Shown piece by piece: positions 1 to 9,348 of a stretch of DNA of 64,000 nt; the stretch's first letter is position 1, and the number at the start of each line of letters is the position of its first letter. Origin of the DNA: Alphaproteobacteria bacterium (GTDB lineage: Bacteria > Pseudomonadota > Alphaproteobacteria > GCA-2731375); NCBI GenBank assembly GCA_016776605.1, contig JADHTB010000009.1:31453-95452 (forward strand), in the 5' to 3' direction. A program made the translations under genes and the position numbers. The notes beneath the pieces are model-generated. The model made no database searches. It was not told the DNA's origin and saw only the letters and a list, made by a program, of their open reading frames with translations.

Positions 1-2
1 CC

Positions 3-386
3 TCGGTCGTGACGGAGGCCCGATTGTGTATCGGCCTCTATGTCACCGCCTTTGCCGGCGCCCTCGCCCTTGGCAGCGATCTATTGCTATGGACCTGGGT
101 CATTCCGGCCCTGCTTGGCCAGCCGTTCCTGCGCGCCTATCTGCTGGCCGAGCATACGGGCTGTGCGGAAGTGGCCGATATGTTCGTGAACACCCGCACC
201 ACATACACTTCGGCCCTGGTGCGCTTCATCGCCTGGAACATGCCCTATCACATCGAACATCACGCCCTGCAGACCGTGCCGTTCCACAAGCTGGCAGCCT
301 TCCACCGCCACACCCGGCCCTACCTGAAAGTTACCGAAAACGGCTATCTGAACGTTCACCGCAAGATTTGGGCAGGGTTGGATTAG
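3..386 (+). CDS. Fatty acid desaturase family protein (MocD-like), 5'-truncated by window edge
   Basis: LAEHTGC, NTRTT and WNMPYHIEHH...VPFHKL His-box motifs of membrane desaturase/hydroxylase C-termini; frame is open to the window start. Confidence 0.8.
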   Translation, partial: SVVTEARLCIGLYVTAFAGALALGSDLLLWTWVIPALLGQPFLRAYLLAEHTGCAEVADMFVNTRTTYTSALVRFIAWNMPYHIEHHALQTVPFHKLAAFHRHTRPYLKVTENGYLNVHRKIWAGLD

Positions 387-1147
387 CGGAAATCGAAGCC
401 TTGCGCCTTCAGTTGCTGACGCAGATTGTCGCGCAGTTGCGGGTCGAACTTCTTGTCCATGTCATGGGTCCAGGAATCCGCCGTGGTCGCCTTGCCGATG
501 TCTTCGTAATGCGCCGCCAGGGCCGCATCATAGTCGCCCAGGGACTGCGCCACGTCGCGGTTGTCCCGCAGGCCGCCATAGCGTTCGTAATGGACCATGC
601 TGGCATAATCCATGCGCGGTTTTTGCGGCGGCGCCTCGTCCGGCCAGCCCAGGCACATACCGAACACGCAATAGACCTGTGACGGCAGACCCAACAGCTT
701 GGCCGCCGCCACCACGTCATTGCGCACCGCGCCGATCATGACGCCCTTCAGGCCGACGGACTCGGCGGCCAGATAAGCCGACATGCCCACCAGTGATGCA
801 TCGATGGAAGAGACCAGACCGATCTCCATATTATTGTTCGCGATCGTGTGGCCGTGCTTGGCCAGGGCATGTTCAATGCGTGTCAGATCGGCGCAAAAGG
901 CCAGAAACACCGGTGCTTCGATCACGTGTTTTTGGTTGCCGGTCAGCACCGCCAATTGCTCCCGGATGGCCGGATCGTGGACGACGATCACACTGTAGGA
1001 TTGGATGTTGGAGGAGGTCGGCGCGCGGAAGGCGGCATTCAGCACTTCATCGATCAGCGCCTCGGGCACCGGATCGGATTTATATTTTCTGACGCTGACG
1101 CGGTTGTTCAACAGGGCAATGGTCTCGCTGGAGTAACTCACGGACAT
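383..1147 (-). CDS. NfsA/Frp-like NADPH-dependent nitroreductase / flavin reductase
   Basis: RVSVRKY, APTSSNIQSYSVIVV, GMCLGWP...KPR motifs. Confidence 0.88.
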   Translation of the reverse strand: MSVSYSSETIALLNNRVSVRKYKSDPVPEALIDEVLNAAFRAPTSSNIQSYSVIVVHDPAIREQLAVLTGNQKHVIEAPVFLAFCADLTRIEHALAKHGHTIANNNMEIGLVSSIDASLVGMSAYLAAESVGLKGVMIGAVRNDVVAAAKLLGLPSQVYCVFGMCLGWPDEAPPQKPRMDYASMVHYERYGGLRDNRDVAQSLGDYDAALAAHYEDIGKATTADSWTHDMDKKFDPQLRDNLRQQLKAQGFDFR

Positions 1148-1187
1148 GGTCTCTCACTTTTTTCAGAATCGATTTTAAAGCTGGGTT

Positions 1188-2468
1188 TCAGAGCACCTTG
1201 ATGGCGCCGGCAAAGGCATCAAGGGTTTTCGCCACATCCGCCTCGTCGTGGGCCAGGGAGATGTAAAATTTGCTGTCCCCCTTCAATACGCCGCGTTCAC
1301 GCAACAGACCATTGAAGCGCTTGGCGCGGTCCAGGTCGTTGCCCTGCATGCCGCGATAGTCCTTGATATCGCCGCTGGTGAAGAAAACGTCAAACAGGGG
1401 CGGCTCGCCAATCACCTGGGCCGGGATACCGGCCTCTTGCAACAGACCGTCCAGACCCTGCATCAGCTTGGTACCGGTGGCAAAAATTTTCTCGTAGGCG
1501 CCCGGACGCTTAAGTATCGCCAACGTGGCCAGACCCGCGACGGCGGCAACGGGATTGCCGCTGAGGGTGCCGATCTGCGGCATGAAACTTTCATCAGCCA
1601 CGGCATTGCGGTCGAAATGCGCCATAATATCCGCCCGGCCCATGATGGCGGCCAGGGGAAAGCCGCCGCCGATTACCTTGCCCATGGCGCAAAGATCGGG
1701 CGTTACGCCGTAATAGGCCTGGGCCCCGCCATAGGCAAAGCGAAAGCCGGTCACCACCTCGTCAAAGATCAGGGGAATATTGTATTCGCTCGCCAGTTTC
1801 CGCAGGGCCTCCAAAAAGCCCGGCTGTGGCGGCAACAGCCTCTGGAAGGGCTCGACGATGATACCGCCCAACTCATCGTGATGTTCCCGGATCAGGCTGG
1901 CCGCGGTCTCGGCATCGTTGAACGGGGCGATCAGAACTTCATCGCGGATCCTTTGCGGGATGCCGGCGGAATCCGGCGTGGCCTGCGGAAAATTGCCGGG
2001 CCGGCTCGGCGCCATGCTCATCAAGGCGTAATCGCTCATGCCATGATAACCGCCCTCGAACTTCAGGATCTTGTCGCGCTTGCGGTGCGCGCGGGCCAGA
2101 CGCATGGCGTAAAAGGTTGCCTCGGAACCGGTCGAGACATAGCGCACCTGATCGGCGCAGGCGACGGCATCCACAATTTCCGCGGCCAACCGAATGCCCG
2201 CTTCATTGTTGGCAAAGAACGTTGTGCCGCGCAGCACCTGTTCCTGCACCGCCGCCAGCACCTCTTCGTTGCAATGGCCAACCAGCATGGGGCCGGAGCC
2301 AATCAGAAAGTCTACATATTCGTTGCCGCTGACATCCCAGACCCGTCCGCCATGGCCCTTTGCAATGACAATATCGGAAGCCAGGTTGCCAAAACCTCCC
2401 GCCGGTAGAACCCGTTGGGCCAGTTCCACCAGCGCCTGTTCGCTATCGCTACGGTTCAGCTTGTTCAT
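1188..2468 (-). CDS. Class III PLP aminotransferase (glutamate-1-semialdehyde aminomutase-like)
   Basis: FEGGYHG, LIFDEVVTGFR, GKVIGGGFP, GTLSGNP; start moved to ATG 2468, which follows an AGGAG RBS. Confidence 0.88.
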   Translation of the reverse strand: MNKLNRSDSEQALVELAQRVLPAGGFGNLASDIVIAKGHGGRVWDVSGNEYVDFLIGSGPMLVGHCNEEVLAAVQEQVLRGTTFFANNEAGIRLAAEIVDAVACADQVRYVSTGSEATFYAMRLARAHRKRDKILKFEGGYHGMSDYALMSMAPSRPGNFPQATPDSAGIPQRIRDEVLIAPFNDAETAASLIREHHDELGGIIVEPFQRLLPPQPGFLEALRKLASEYNIPLIFDEVVTGFRFAYGGAQAYYGVTPDLCAMGKVIGGGFPLAAIMGRADIMAHFDRNAVADESFMPQIGTLSGNPVAAVAGLATLAILKRPGAYEKIFATGTKLMQGLDGLLQEAGIPAQVIGEPPLFDVFFTSGDIKDYRGMQGNDLDRAKRFNGLLRERGVLKGDSKFYISLAHDEADVAKTLDAFAGAIKVL

Positions 2469-2510
2469 GTGTCTTCTCCTCGGCGACAAAAATTAAGGTC
2501 ACGCTATGGT

Positions 2511-3767
2511 CTATCTGATCATGTTTCGGGGCACGTCACGGAACGGCCGGTCGGTGTCATTGCGGGGTTCCTTGGGCATGCCCAGAACCCGTTCGGAGAT
2601 GATATTGCGCTGAATTTCGTCGGTGCCGCCGGCGATGGAAATGGCGGGCGTCGAGACCAGAATTTCCGCGATAACGCCATCCATGGGACTGTCCGTGCCC
2701 GTCAACATGGCGTCGGCGCCACTGATCAGGGTGTGTACATGGTTGCCCAGGCGCGCCACGTGGCTGGCCGCCAGTTTGCCGATGGAGCCCTCGGGCCCCT
2801 GGTTACGCCCCTGGGCCTGGGCCTCGCGGGCCCGCCGCGCCGTCCATTCCGCCGATTTGGCCAGGATCAGCAGTTTAGCGATTTCCTGGCGCACCGTCGG
2901 GTCGTCGAATTTATCCGTGGCCTTGGCCCGCTCGATCACCAGATCGACCCGGCCCATGCGCTGGGGATACCATTTATAGGGCGCCATGGCCGTGGCCAGT
3001 TCGGTGCGTTCCTCCACATAGGCCCGCTCCGGCCGGTCGGTACCCATGGCCCAGCGGCGCAGCCCGTCGGCGCCCCGGCGTTCATGCATCAAGGTCGTCG
3101 TCGCGATCTTCCAGCCATCGCCAAGGCCTTCCACCATGAATTCCGGCGCGATCTCCGCATCGGTGATAAACACCTGATTGAACGAGGCATGGCCGTTCAT
3201 TTGCCGCAGGGGCTGCACCTCGACGCCCGGCTGTTCCATATCCAATACGAAATAGGTCAACCCCTTGTGCTTTGGCACGTCCCAATCGGTCCGCGCCAGC
3301 AGCAGGCCGAATTGCGCGTGATGGGCCGAGGTCGTCCAGACCTTCTGGCCGTTGATGATCCACTTGCCGTCTTTCAGATCGGCCCGGGTTATCGCCCCCG
3401 CCAGGTCCGAGCCGCTGCCCGGTTCGCTGAACAACTGGCACCAGGTGTCTTCGCCGGTCAGGATGCGGCGCAGAAACTTCTGCTTGTGCATCTGGCTGCC
3501 GTGTTCCAGCAGGGTGGCGGCGGCCAGCATGCGAATGCCGGCCCGGGCCACGCCGATCGCGCCGATGTTCTGAAACTCTTCCTCGACCGCGGTGCCCAGC
3601 CCGCTGGACATACCCTTGCCAAACCATTCCGTCGGCCAGGTCGGCATGCCCCAGCCGGAATCCGCCAGCTTGTTACGCCATTCCACCAGGCCCTGATTTG
3701 GGTCCCAGTTGGCCTCCAGCCAAGCCCGTACGTCCGCCCGAACCAATGCTTCCGTGTCTTCGCTCAT
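2511..3767 (-). CDS. Acyl-CoA dehydrogenase family protein
   Basis: WCQLFSEPGSGSDLAG, INGQKVWTT, IAGGTDEIQRNII. Confidence 0.92.
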   Translation of the reverse strand: MSEDTEALVRADVRAWLEANWDPNQGLVEWRNKLADSGWGMPTWPTEWFGKGMSSGLGTAVEEEFQNIGAIGVARAGIRMLAAATLLEHGSQMHKQKFLRRILTGEDTWCQLFSEPGSGSDLAGAITRADLKDGKWIINGQKVWTTSAHHAQFGLLLARTDWDVPKHKGLTYFVLDMEQPGVEVQPLRQMNGHASFNQVFITDAEIAPEFMVEGLGDGWKIATTTLMHERRGADGLRRWAMGTDRPERAYVEERTELATAMAPYKWYPQRMGRVDLVIERAKATDKFDDPTVRQEIAKLLILAKSAEWTARRAREAQAQGRNQGPEGSIGKLAASHVARLGNHVHTLISGADAMLTGTDSPMDGVIAEILVSTPAISIAGGTDEIQRNIISERVLGMPKEPRNDTDRPFRDVPRNMIR

Positions 3768-3787
3768 CCTACCGTTCCTCTACCTAA

Positions 3788-4918
3788 TCAATCCTGCCAG
3801 CGCTGCATCATCAGTTCCCGGTGATAACTGGGATCGCCCAGAAACACTTCGGAACTTTTCGCGCGCTTGAACCACAGATGGGTGTTGTTGTCCCAGGTGA
3901 AGCCGATACCGCCATGGATCTGGATGGCATGAATGGCGGTCTGCATATAGGCCTCCCCCGCGCCCGCCTTGGCCAGAGAGGCCATCGCCGGCAGGTCACC
4001 ATCGTCAGCGTCCGCCGCGGCGGCGGCATAGTAGGCCGCGGACTTCGCCAGCTCCACATCGATCAGCATATCCGCCGCCTTGTGCTTCAAAGTTTGAAAC
4101 GAGGCGATGGTGCGGCCGAACTGCATGCGCAGCATGGCGTAATCCAGGGCCTGCTCCCGTAGCAACTCGGCCCCGCCCACCATCTCGTTGGCCAGACAGG
4201 CTGCCGCCTGATCCAGGGTGCGGGACAGCGGTGCCGCCGCCCCGCCGGCATCGCCCAGCAGTGTGGCCGGCACGCCCTGAAACTCCAAATGGGCCAGCTT
4301 GCGTGTGCTGTCGGTGGATTGCAGCAGGCGCCGCGTCAGGCCCTCTGCCTTGCCCGGCACCGTAAAGAAGGACAGGCCGTCCTCTCCCGTTGATCCGGGC
4401 TGTCGGGCCAGGACCACCAGCAGATCGGCGGTGTGCCCGTCCAGCACGAAACTTTTGGCGCCGTCCAGCTGATAGCCGCCGTCCATGGGCGTTGCCGTCA
4501 TCGCCACGCCGGCGGCATCCCAGCGGCCATTGTCTTCCGTGAAAGCCAGGGCGGCACGGCTATCGCCGGCGGCGATGGCCGGCAACAGGTCACGCTTTTG
4601 CGCCTCATCGCCGGCATTCATGATCGCCGTTGCGGCCAGCACGATGGACGAGAAATAGGGCGCGCATAACAGCGCCCGGCCCATTTCCTCCAGCGCGATG
4701 GCCAGTTCGACAAAGCCAAAGCCCTGGCCGCCATATTCCTCGGGGATGTGGATGGCGGTCAGGCCAAGACCCTGGCTCAACTGGCGCCAGACTTCCTGGT
4801 CATAGCCGGTTTCGGTCTCCATCAGGCGCCTGACTTCCGTGGTTGGTGATTTTTCCGCCAGAAAGCGCCGCAGAACCGAGCGGAATTCCGCCTGTTCATC
4901 GGTAAAACTGAAACTCAT
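3788..4918 (-). CDS. Acyl-CoA dehydrogenase family protein (likely partner subunit)
   Basis: IPEEYGGQG, RMQFGRTIASFQTLKH, QIHGGIGFTW. Confidence 0.92.
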   Translation of the reverse strand: MSFSFTDEQAEFRSVLRRFLAEKSPTTEVRRLMETETGYDQEVWRQLSQGLGLTAIHIPEEYGGQGFGFVELAIALEEMGRALLCAPYFSSIVLAATAIMNAGDEAQKRDLLPAIAAGDSRAALAFTEDNGRWDAAGVAMTATPMDGGYQLDGAKSFVLDGHTADLLVVLARQPGSTGEDGLSFFTVPGKAEGLTRRLLQSTDSTRKLAHLEFQGVPATLLGDAGGAAAPLSRTLDQAAACLANEMVGGAELLREQALDYAMLRMQFGRTIASFQTLKHKAADMLIDVELAKSAAYYAAAAADADDGDLPAMASLAKAGAGEAYMQTAIHAIQIHGGIGFTWDNNTHLWFKRAKSSEVFLGDPSYHRELMMQRWQD

Positions 4919-5007
4919 ATCGGTTACCTCCCTGACACCACTGTAAACTGAACAGACAAGTGGGTGAAGACTGCTATCATGGCGGCAGATTTTCCGGGAG
5001 AGATAAA

Positions 5008-6411
5008 ATGACCCAATCAGCCCTTAATCCCACTTTTATGACCGTGCATGCCCTATCCGCCGCGATCAGCGACGGCAGCCTGACCTCCACCGGCGTCGTC
5101 GAACATTGCCTGCGGCAGATCGCAGCCCATGATGGCAAACTGCACGCGTTCGTCGAAGTCTATTGGGAGGAGGCCCGTCTGGCAGCCCAGGCGGCGGATC
5201 AGGCGATCCAGTCCGGCCATCGCCTTGGCCCCCTGCACGGTATTCCCATTGCCCTGAAAGACATCATCGATATGGAGGGGCGCATCACCACGGGCGGCTC
5301 CAAGGTATGGGAGAACCGCCGTTCCCCAACCACGGCAACGGTGGCCCAGCGGCTGATCGGGGCCGGCATGATTATCATTGGCAAGACCCATTCGGTGGAA
5401 TTCGCCATGGGCGGTTGGGGCACGAATACCCACATGGGCACGCCCTGGAACCCCTGGGATATGGAGACCCATCGCACGCCGGGCGGCTCCTCCGCCGGAT
5501 CGGGCGTCGCGGTCGCAGCCGGCATGGTGCCGGCGGCCATTGGTACGGATACCGGCGGGTCCGTGCGCCTGCCCGCGTCATTTTGCGGCCTGGCGGGGTT
5601 AAAAACCACGGTCGGCCGGATCAGCCTGCACGGCATCCTGCCGCTCTCCACCACCTTGGACACGCCCGGCCCCATGACCCGCTCGGTCGAGGATGCGGCC
5701 ATGATCTATGACGTCCTCCAGGGGCCTGACCCCCTGTGGCCGCCGACCCTGGCCCACGGCACCCACGATCCGTTTTCCAGCCTGCGCCGCGGGGTCAAGG
5801 GTTTGCGCCTGGCCGCCATTTCCGCGACCGAGCGCGCCGGCGTCGATGGTCCCACCCTGGCCGCCTTCGATGCGGCGCAAGCAACATTGCGGGACCTGGG
5901 GGCCACCGTCACGGAAGTCGAGATGCCCCGGCCTTTCACCGCTTTCGCCGCCATTGCCGGCCGGATCATCGGTGCCGAGGGCTATCGTTTCGTGGGCGCC
6001 TTGACGGACGATCCGAAGCTGCCCGTCGATCCCAACGTCAGGCCGCGCATTCAACTGGGCCGGGATATCAAGGCCCATGAATATCTCGATGCCCTGGCCG
6101 AACAGCAGGCGGCTAAGGCGGAATATGCCGAGGCTATGATGGATTTCGACGCCTTGTTGCTGCCCAGTACCGAGACGCCGGCCATTCCGTTATCCCAGGT
6201 GGATGAAGGCGGCACCCCGGCGCGCTTCACCCGTGCCGGCAACTGCCTTGAATTATGTGCCCTGTCCCTGCCCAACGGCCTATCACCCGAGGGCCTGCCC
6301 ACATCCCTGCAAATCGCCTGCATGGGGCATGAAGAGGCCATGGCCCTGCGCATCGGCTGGGCCTATGAACAAGCCACCGATTGGCATCGCCAGCACCCGG
6401 CGCTGGATTAG
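5008..6411 (+). CDS. Amidase signature family protein (GatA-like)
   Basis: GPLHGIPIALKD, PGGSSAGSG, IGTDTGGSVRLPAS; ATG 5008 follows a GGGAGAG RBS. Confidence 0.92.
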   Translation: MTQSALNPTFMTVHALSAAISDGSLTSTGVVEHCLRQIAAHDGKLHAFVEVYWEEARLAAQAADQAIQSGHRLGPLHGIPIALKDIIDMEGRITTGGSKVWENRRSPTTATVAQRLIGAGMIIIGKTHSVEFAMGGWGTNTHMGTPWNPWDMETHRTPGGSSAGSGVAVAAGMVPAAIGTDTGGSVRLPASFCGLAGLKTTVGRISLHGILPLSTTLDTPGPMTRSVEDAAMIYDVLQGPDPLWPPTLAHGTHDPFSSLRRGVKGLRLAAISATERAGVDGPTLAAFDAAQATLRDLGATVTEVEMPRPFTAFAAIAGRIIGAEGYRFVGALTDDPKLPVDPNVRPRIQLGRDIKAHEYLDALAEQQAAKAEYAEAMMDFDALLLPSTETPAIPLSQVDEGGTPARFTRAGNCLELCALSLPNGLSPEGLPTSLQIACMGHEEAMALRIGWAYEQATDWHRQHPALD

Positions 6412-6497
6412 GATCACTTTTTGGTGAGGCGGTTGCAAAGCCCGGCACGCTCTGTTCCAATCCCAACAGCAAATTTATTTAGAGGGAGCTATTCAAC

Positions 6498-6977
6498 ATG
6501 ACAGCAAAATTGGCCTCTGGTGACAGCTTTCCCAATATGTCACTGGCTCTGGTCGGGGGCGGCAGCATCGAATTGCCCTCGGACCTGAAGACCAGCTATT
6601 CCGTCATCCTGTTTTATCGCGGCCACTGGTGACCCTACTGCCGCCGGCAGTTGGTCGGCATGGAAAACGAACTGGAAACCTTGAAAAGCCTGGATGTTTC
6701 CGTCATCGCGGCCAGCATTGATGACGAGGAAAAAGCAGCCGAGGTCGCGGCCGAGCTGTCTTTTCCCGTCGCCTATGGCGTGACGCGGGCACAGGCTGAC
6801 AGCATCGACGCCTGGTGGGAAGACAGGCGCAGTATTATACAGCCCAGCGAGTTCCTGCTGAATGCGGGGCATAAGGTCATCTTTTCCACCTACAGCTCCG
6901 GCCCCCTGGGCCGTATGAACCCACCCGATGTGGTGAAGATCATTCAGTTCCTGGAAAAACAGAAACAGAGTGGCTAG
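6498..6977 (+). CDS. Peroxiredoxin-like (AhpC/TSA) protein with in-frame TGA at 6630-6632; probable selenoprotein (FYRGHW-U-PYC), 159 aa
   Basis: GAGGGAG RBS then ATG 6498; frame reads MTAKLASGDSFP...ILFYRGHW-TGA-PYCRRQL and continues in frame into ORF 6651..6977; TGA occupies the first Cys of the CxxC motif. Confidence 0.85.
6639..6660 (+). promoter_or_regulatory. Candidate bacterial SECIS hairpin for the TGA at 6630
   Basis: TGCCGCCGGCAGTTGGTCGGCA can fold (UGCCG/CGGCA lower stem, CCGG/UUGG upper stem) starting 7 nt after the TGA; folded by eye. Confidence 0.5.
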
Positions 6978-6985
6978 ACCGGATC

Positions 6986-7006
6986 AGTGTTGAGTGTTGA
7001 GTGTTG
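6986..7006 (+). repeat. Tandem heptamer (AGTGTTG)x3
   Basis: Read directly just after the stop codon of the peroxiredoxin-like gene. Confidence 0.85.
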
Positions 7007-7058
7007 ACGGGGCCGCTTTCGGGTGGTTCGATCGACCCTATTATTCTCTATTCAAGGC

Positions 7059-7163
7059 CTAGAGCATTTTCATTCTGAAAATGCTCAGATCTTTAGAATT
7101 AGAGCAATTTTTCCAATCACTTAGAATCGCTTCGCGATTCTCATTAATTCGGAATTGCTCTAG
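7059..7163. repeat. 105-bp palindromic MITE-like element, copy 1 (most diverged)
   Basis: CTAGAGCA...TGCTCTAG ends; internal hairpins GAGCATTTTCA-TTC-TGAAAATGCTC and AGAATCGC-TTC-GCGATTCT; colinear with copies at 20469, 44550 and 49269. Confidence 0.85.
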
Positions 7164-8007
7164 CGGCGACGGAAACGTTGTCTATTAGACGGGTAGCGCC
7201 CAACCAGGCGGCGGCAAATAGGCGGGATGGCCGCTGCAAATTCACGGCTGGAGCCAGGGTTTCTGCGTCACGCAGCTCGAAATAGTCAATTTTAGTGAAA
7301 CCGGATTCCGTGAGCCGTTGCAATGCCGCGGCGGTTTCAGCTTCGGGCTCGCCACGCCCTGTTTCGATGTTTTCCGCTGCCGTGCCGAGGCTGCGGAATA
7401 ACGCCGCTGCCTGTTGGCGTTCCGCCGTACCGAGATAGGCGTTGCGCGAGGAAAGCGCCAAACCGTCCTGCTCCCGCACAGTGGGGGCGCCGATGATGTC
7501 GACGGGAATGTTGAGATCCCGCACCACGCGACGGATCACCAGAAGCTGCTGGTAGTCCTTGTCGCCAAACACCGCCACGTCAGGCAATGCTTGCAGAAGC
7601 AGTTTGCTCACCACCGTGGCCACGCCGTCAAAAAACCCTGGCCGCGACAGACCGCAAAGGCAATCAGTGATCCCGGATACTGTCACATTGGTGGCAAAAT
7701 TCTCCGGATACATTTCTCCCACATCGGGGGCGAACAGCAGATCTACCCCCGCAGCCTCAAGCTTTGTCACATCGTCGGCCTCGCCCCGCGGGTACGTCGC
7801 GAAATCCTCCGATGGGCCAAACTGGGCTGGATTGACAAAAATCGTCGCGACCACCCGGTCACACGTTTCCCGTCCCTGGTGCACTAGCGACAAATGCCCC
7901 GCGTGCAATGCCCCCATTGTCGGGACAAGCGCGATTCTCTGGCCGGCGCGCCGCCACTCATCCACCTGATCGCGAAGGGTGGCCACGGTCCTTACGATGT
8001 CGAGCAT
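7144..8007 (-). CDS. panC: Pantoate--beta-alanine ligase
   Basis: VPTMGALHAGH, FVNPAQFG, FGDKDYQQL, GLALSSRN, RLIDN. Confidence 0.97.
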   Translation of the reverse strand: MLDIVRTVATLRDQVDEWRRAGQRIALVPTMGALHAGHLSLVHQGRETCDRVVATIFVNPAQFGPSEDFATYPRGEADDVTKLEAAGVDLLFAPDVGEMYPENFATNVTVSGITDCLCGLSRPGFFDGVATVVSKLLLQALPDVAVFGDKDYQQLLVIRRVVRDLNIPVDIIGAPTVREQDGLALSSRNAYLGTAERQQAAALFRSLGTAAENIETGRGEPEAETAAALQRLTESGFTKIDYFELRDAETLAPAVNLQRPSRLFAAAWLGATRLIDNVSVAARAIPN

Positions 8008-8274
8008 TTTGATTTGTTACCTTTTGCTTCACTGTAGGCGATTGGCAAACCCCATTAACGTCTCAAAATCCCAAATTCAACCCGCCCCCCCCTGATACCG
8101 CATCAATCCGGGCCATATAGTGCGATGAGTTAGCCCGATCTGACAAAAGCAGGGGAAAAACAGGGTGACGGTAGACAATGACCCAAACACGGCTGGGTTA
8201 ATCCATAATGATACATTGCGGGGCGGGCGGATTGGGTTGAAAATGGCTCTTTCCGAAATTGGTGAACCATATTG

Positions 8275-9348
8275 ATGTCCTTGCGCCTGCAATTCCTGAT
8301 CGTCGCCCTGCTAGCCGCCGCCCTGGCCGCCGGCTGGTGGTCGCTCGACAACTGGAAAGGCGATGGAGGCGGGCAGAAGAAAGCCACAACGTCGAGCCAG
8401 ACTCTGGTGCTGGTCGAAGCGATTGAACTGACCGACGACCATATATCGCTGCGGGTCGTGGGCACCGGCAAGGCCATCCGTTCTGCCGCACTGCACCCGG
8501 CGGTGGCCGGGGAAGTGCGCGAAATTGCCTTCAAGGCGGAACAACGGGTAAAAAAAGGCCAACCCCTGATCCGCCTGGACGACAAGCATCAGCGCCTGAA
8601 GGTGCAGCTGGCGGAGGTTGCCGTCACCGAGACGAATAGACAGATGCAGCGGATGCAAAGGTTGGCCCCGTCCGGCCATGCGGCCCGCGCGCGCCTGGAT
8701 ACCGCACAGGCGGAACTGAATACGGCCAGACTGCACCTGGAACAGGCGAATGCCGAACTGCGGGACCGCACCATCTTTGCGCCGTTCACTGGCGTGATTG
8801 GCATGACCGATCTGAACCGGGGTGATCGGGTAACCGAGGATACCATGGCCGTTACCCTGGACGACCGCGCGACCATATTGGTGGAATTCAGCGTACCGGA
8901 GACCTATGCCGGCAAAATCAAAGTGGCCGATACGGTCATCGTCAGGCCATGGTCGGCGTCCGAGGGAGACATCGAGGGCAAAATTACCGCCCTGGCCAGC
9001 CGGATTGACCGAGCCACCCGTTCCCTGCGGGTGCGGGCCGAAATCGCCAATATAAATGACCGCATCCGCCCCGGCGGCTCGATCGAAGTGCGGCTTTCCT
9101 TTACCGGCAAGGCCTATCCCATTGTCCGCGAGGTTGCCGTCCTGTGGAGCCGGGACGGCGCCTATGTGTGGCGGGTGGTGGATGGCAAGGCGGACAAGGT
9201 ATTCGTCACCTTGGTACGGCGCGACAAAGGCCGTGTGTTGGTGGATGGTCCCCTCCGGCCCGGCGAATTGATCGTCGTGGAAGGCGTGCAGGGGCTGCGC
9301 CTGGGCCAAAAAGTAAAAACCGCGCCCTTCAAGGCCGGGGCGTCGTAA
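8275..9348 (+). CDS. RND efflux periplasmic adaptor (membrane fusion protein)
   Basis: N-terminal membrane anchor, GQPLIRLD, TIFAPFTGVIG; stop overlaps the permease start (TAATG). Confidence 0.92.
   Translation: MSLRLQFLIVALLAAALAAGWWSLDNWKGDGGGQKKATTSSQTLVLVEAIELTDDHISLRVVGTGKAIRSAALHPAVAGEVREIAFKAEQRVKKGQPLIRLDDKHQRLKVQLAEVAVTETNRQMQRMQRLAPSGHAARARLDTAQAELNTARLHLEQANAELRDRTIFAPFTGVIGMTDLNRGDRVTEDTMAVTLDDRATILVEFSVPETYAGKIKVADTVIVRPWSASEGDIEGKITALASRIDRATRSLRVRAEIANINDRIRPGGSIEVRLSFTGKAYPIVREVAVLWSRDGAYVWRVVDGKADKVFVTLVRRDKGRVLVDGPLRPGELIVVEGVQGLRLGQKVKTAPFKAGAS

Noticed and set aside
1188..2468. Naming the aminotransferase hemL, or the dioxygenases tauD/tfdA
   Set aside because: Only family-level motifs are visible and the catabolic context suggests paralogues, so gene symbols are not supportable without a phylogeny
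1248..3824. Long antisense ORFs (1248..2408, 2415..3824, and similar ones such as 8311..9375, 18900..19898, 25141..26325, 49358..50221)
   Set aside because: Shadow frames opposite well-supported genes, expected in high-GC DNA; no recognisable motifs
6498..6977. Calling the peroxiredoxin-like and UGSC genes pseudogenes
   Set aside because: Each has a single TGA exactly at the active-site position, intact frames on both sides, an RBS and a downstream hairpin
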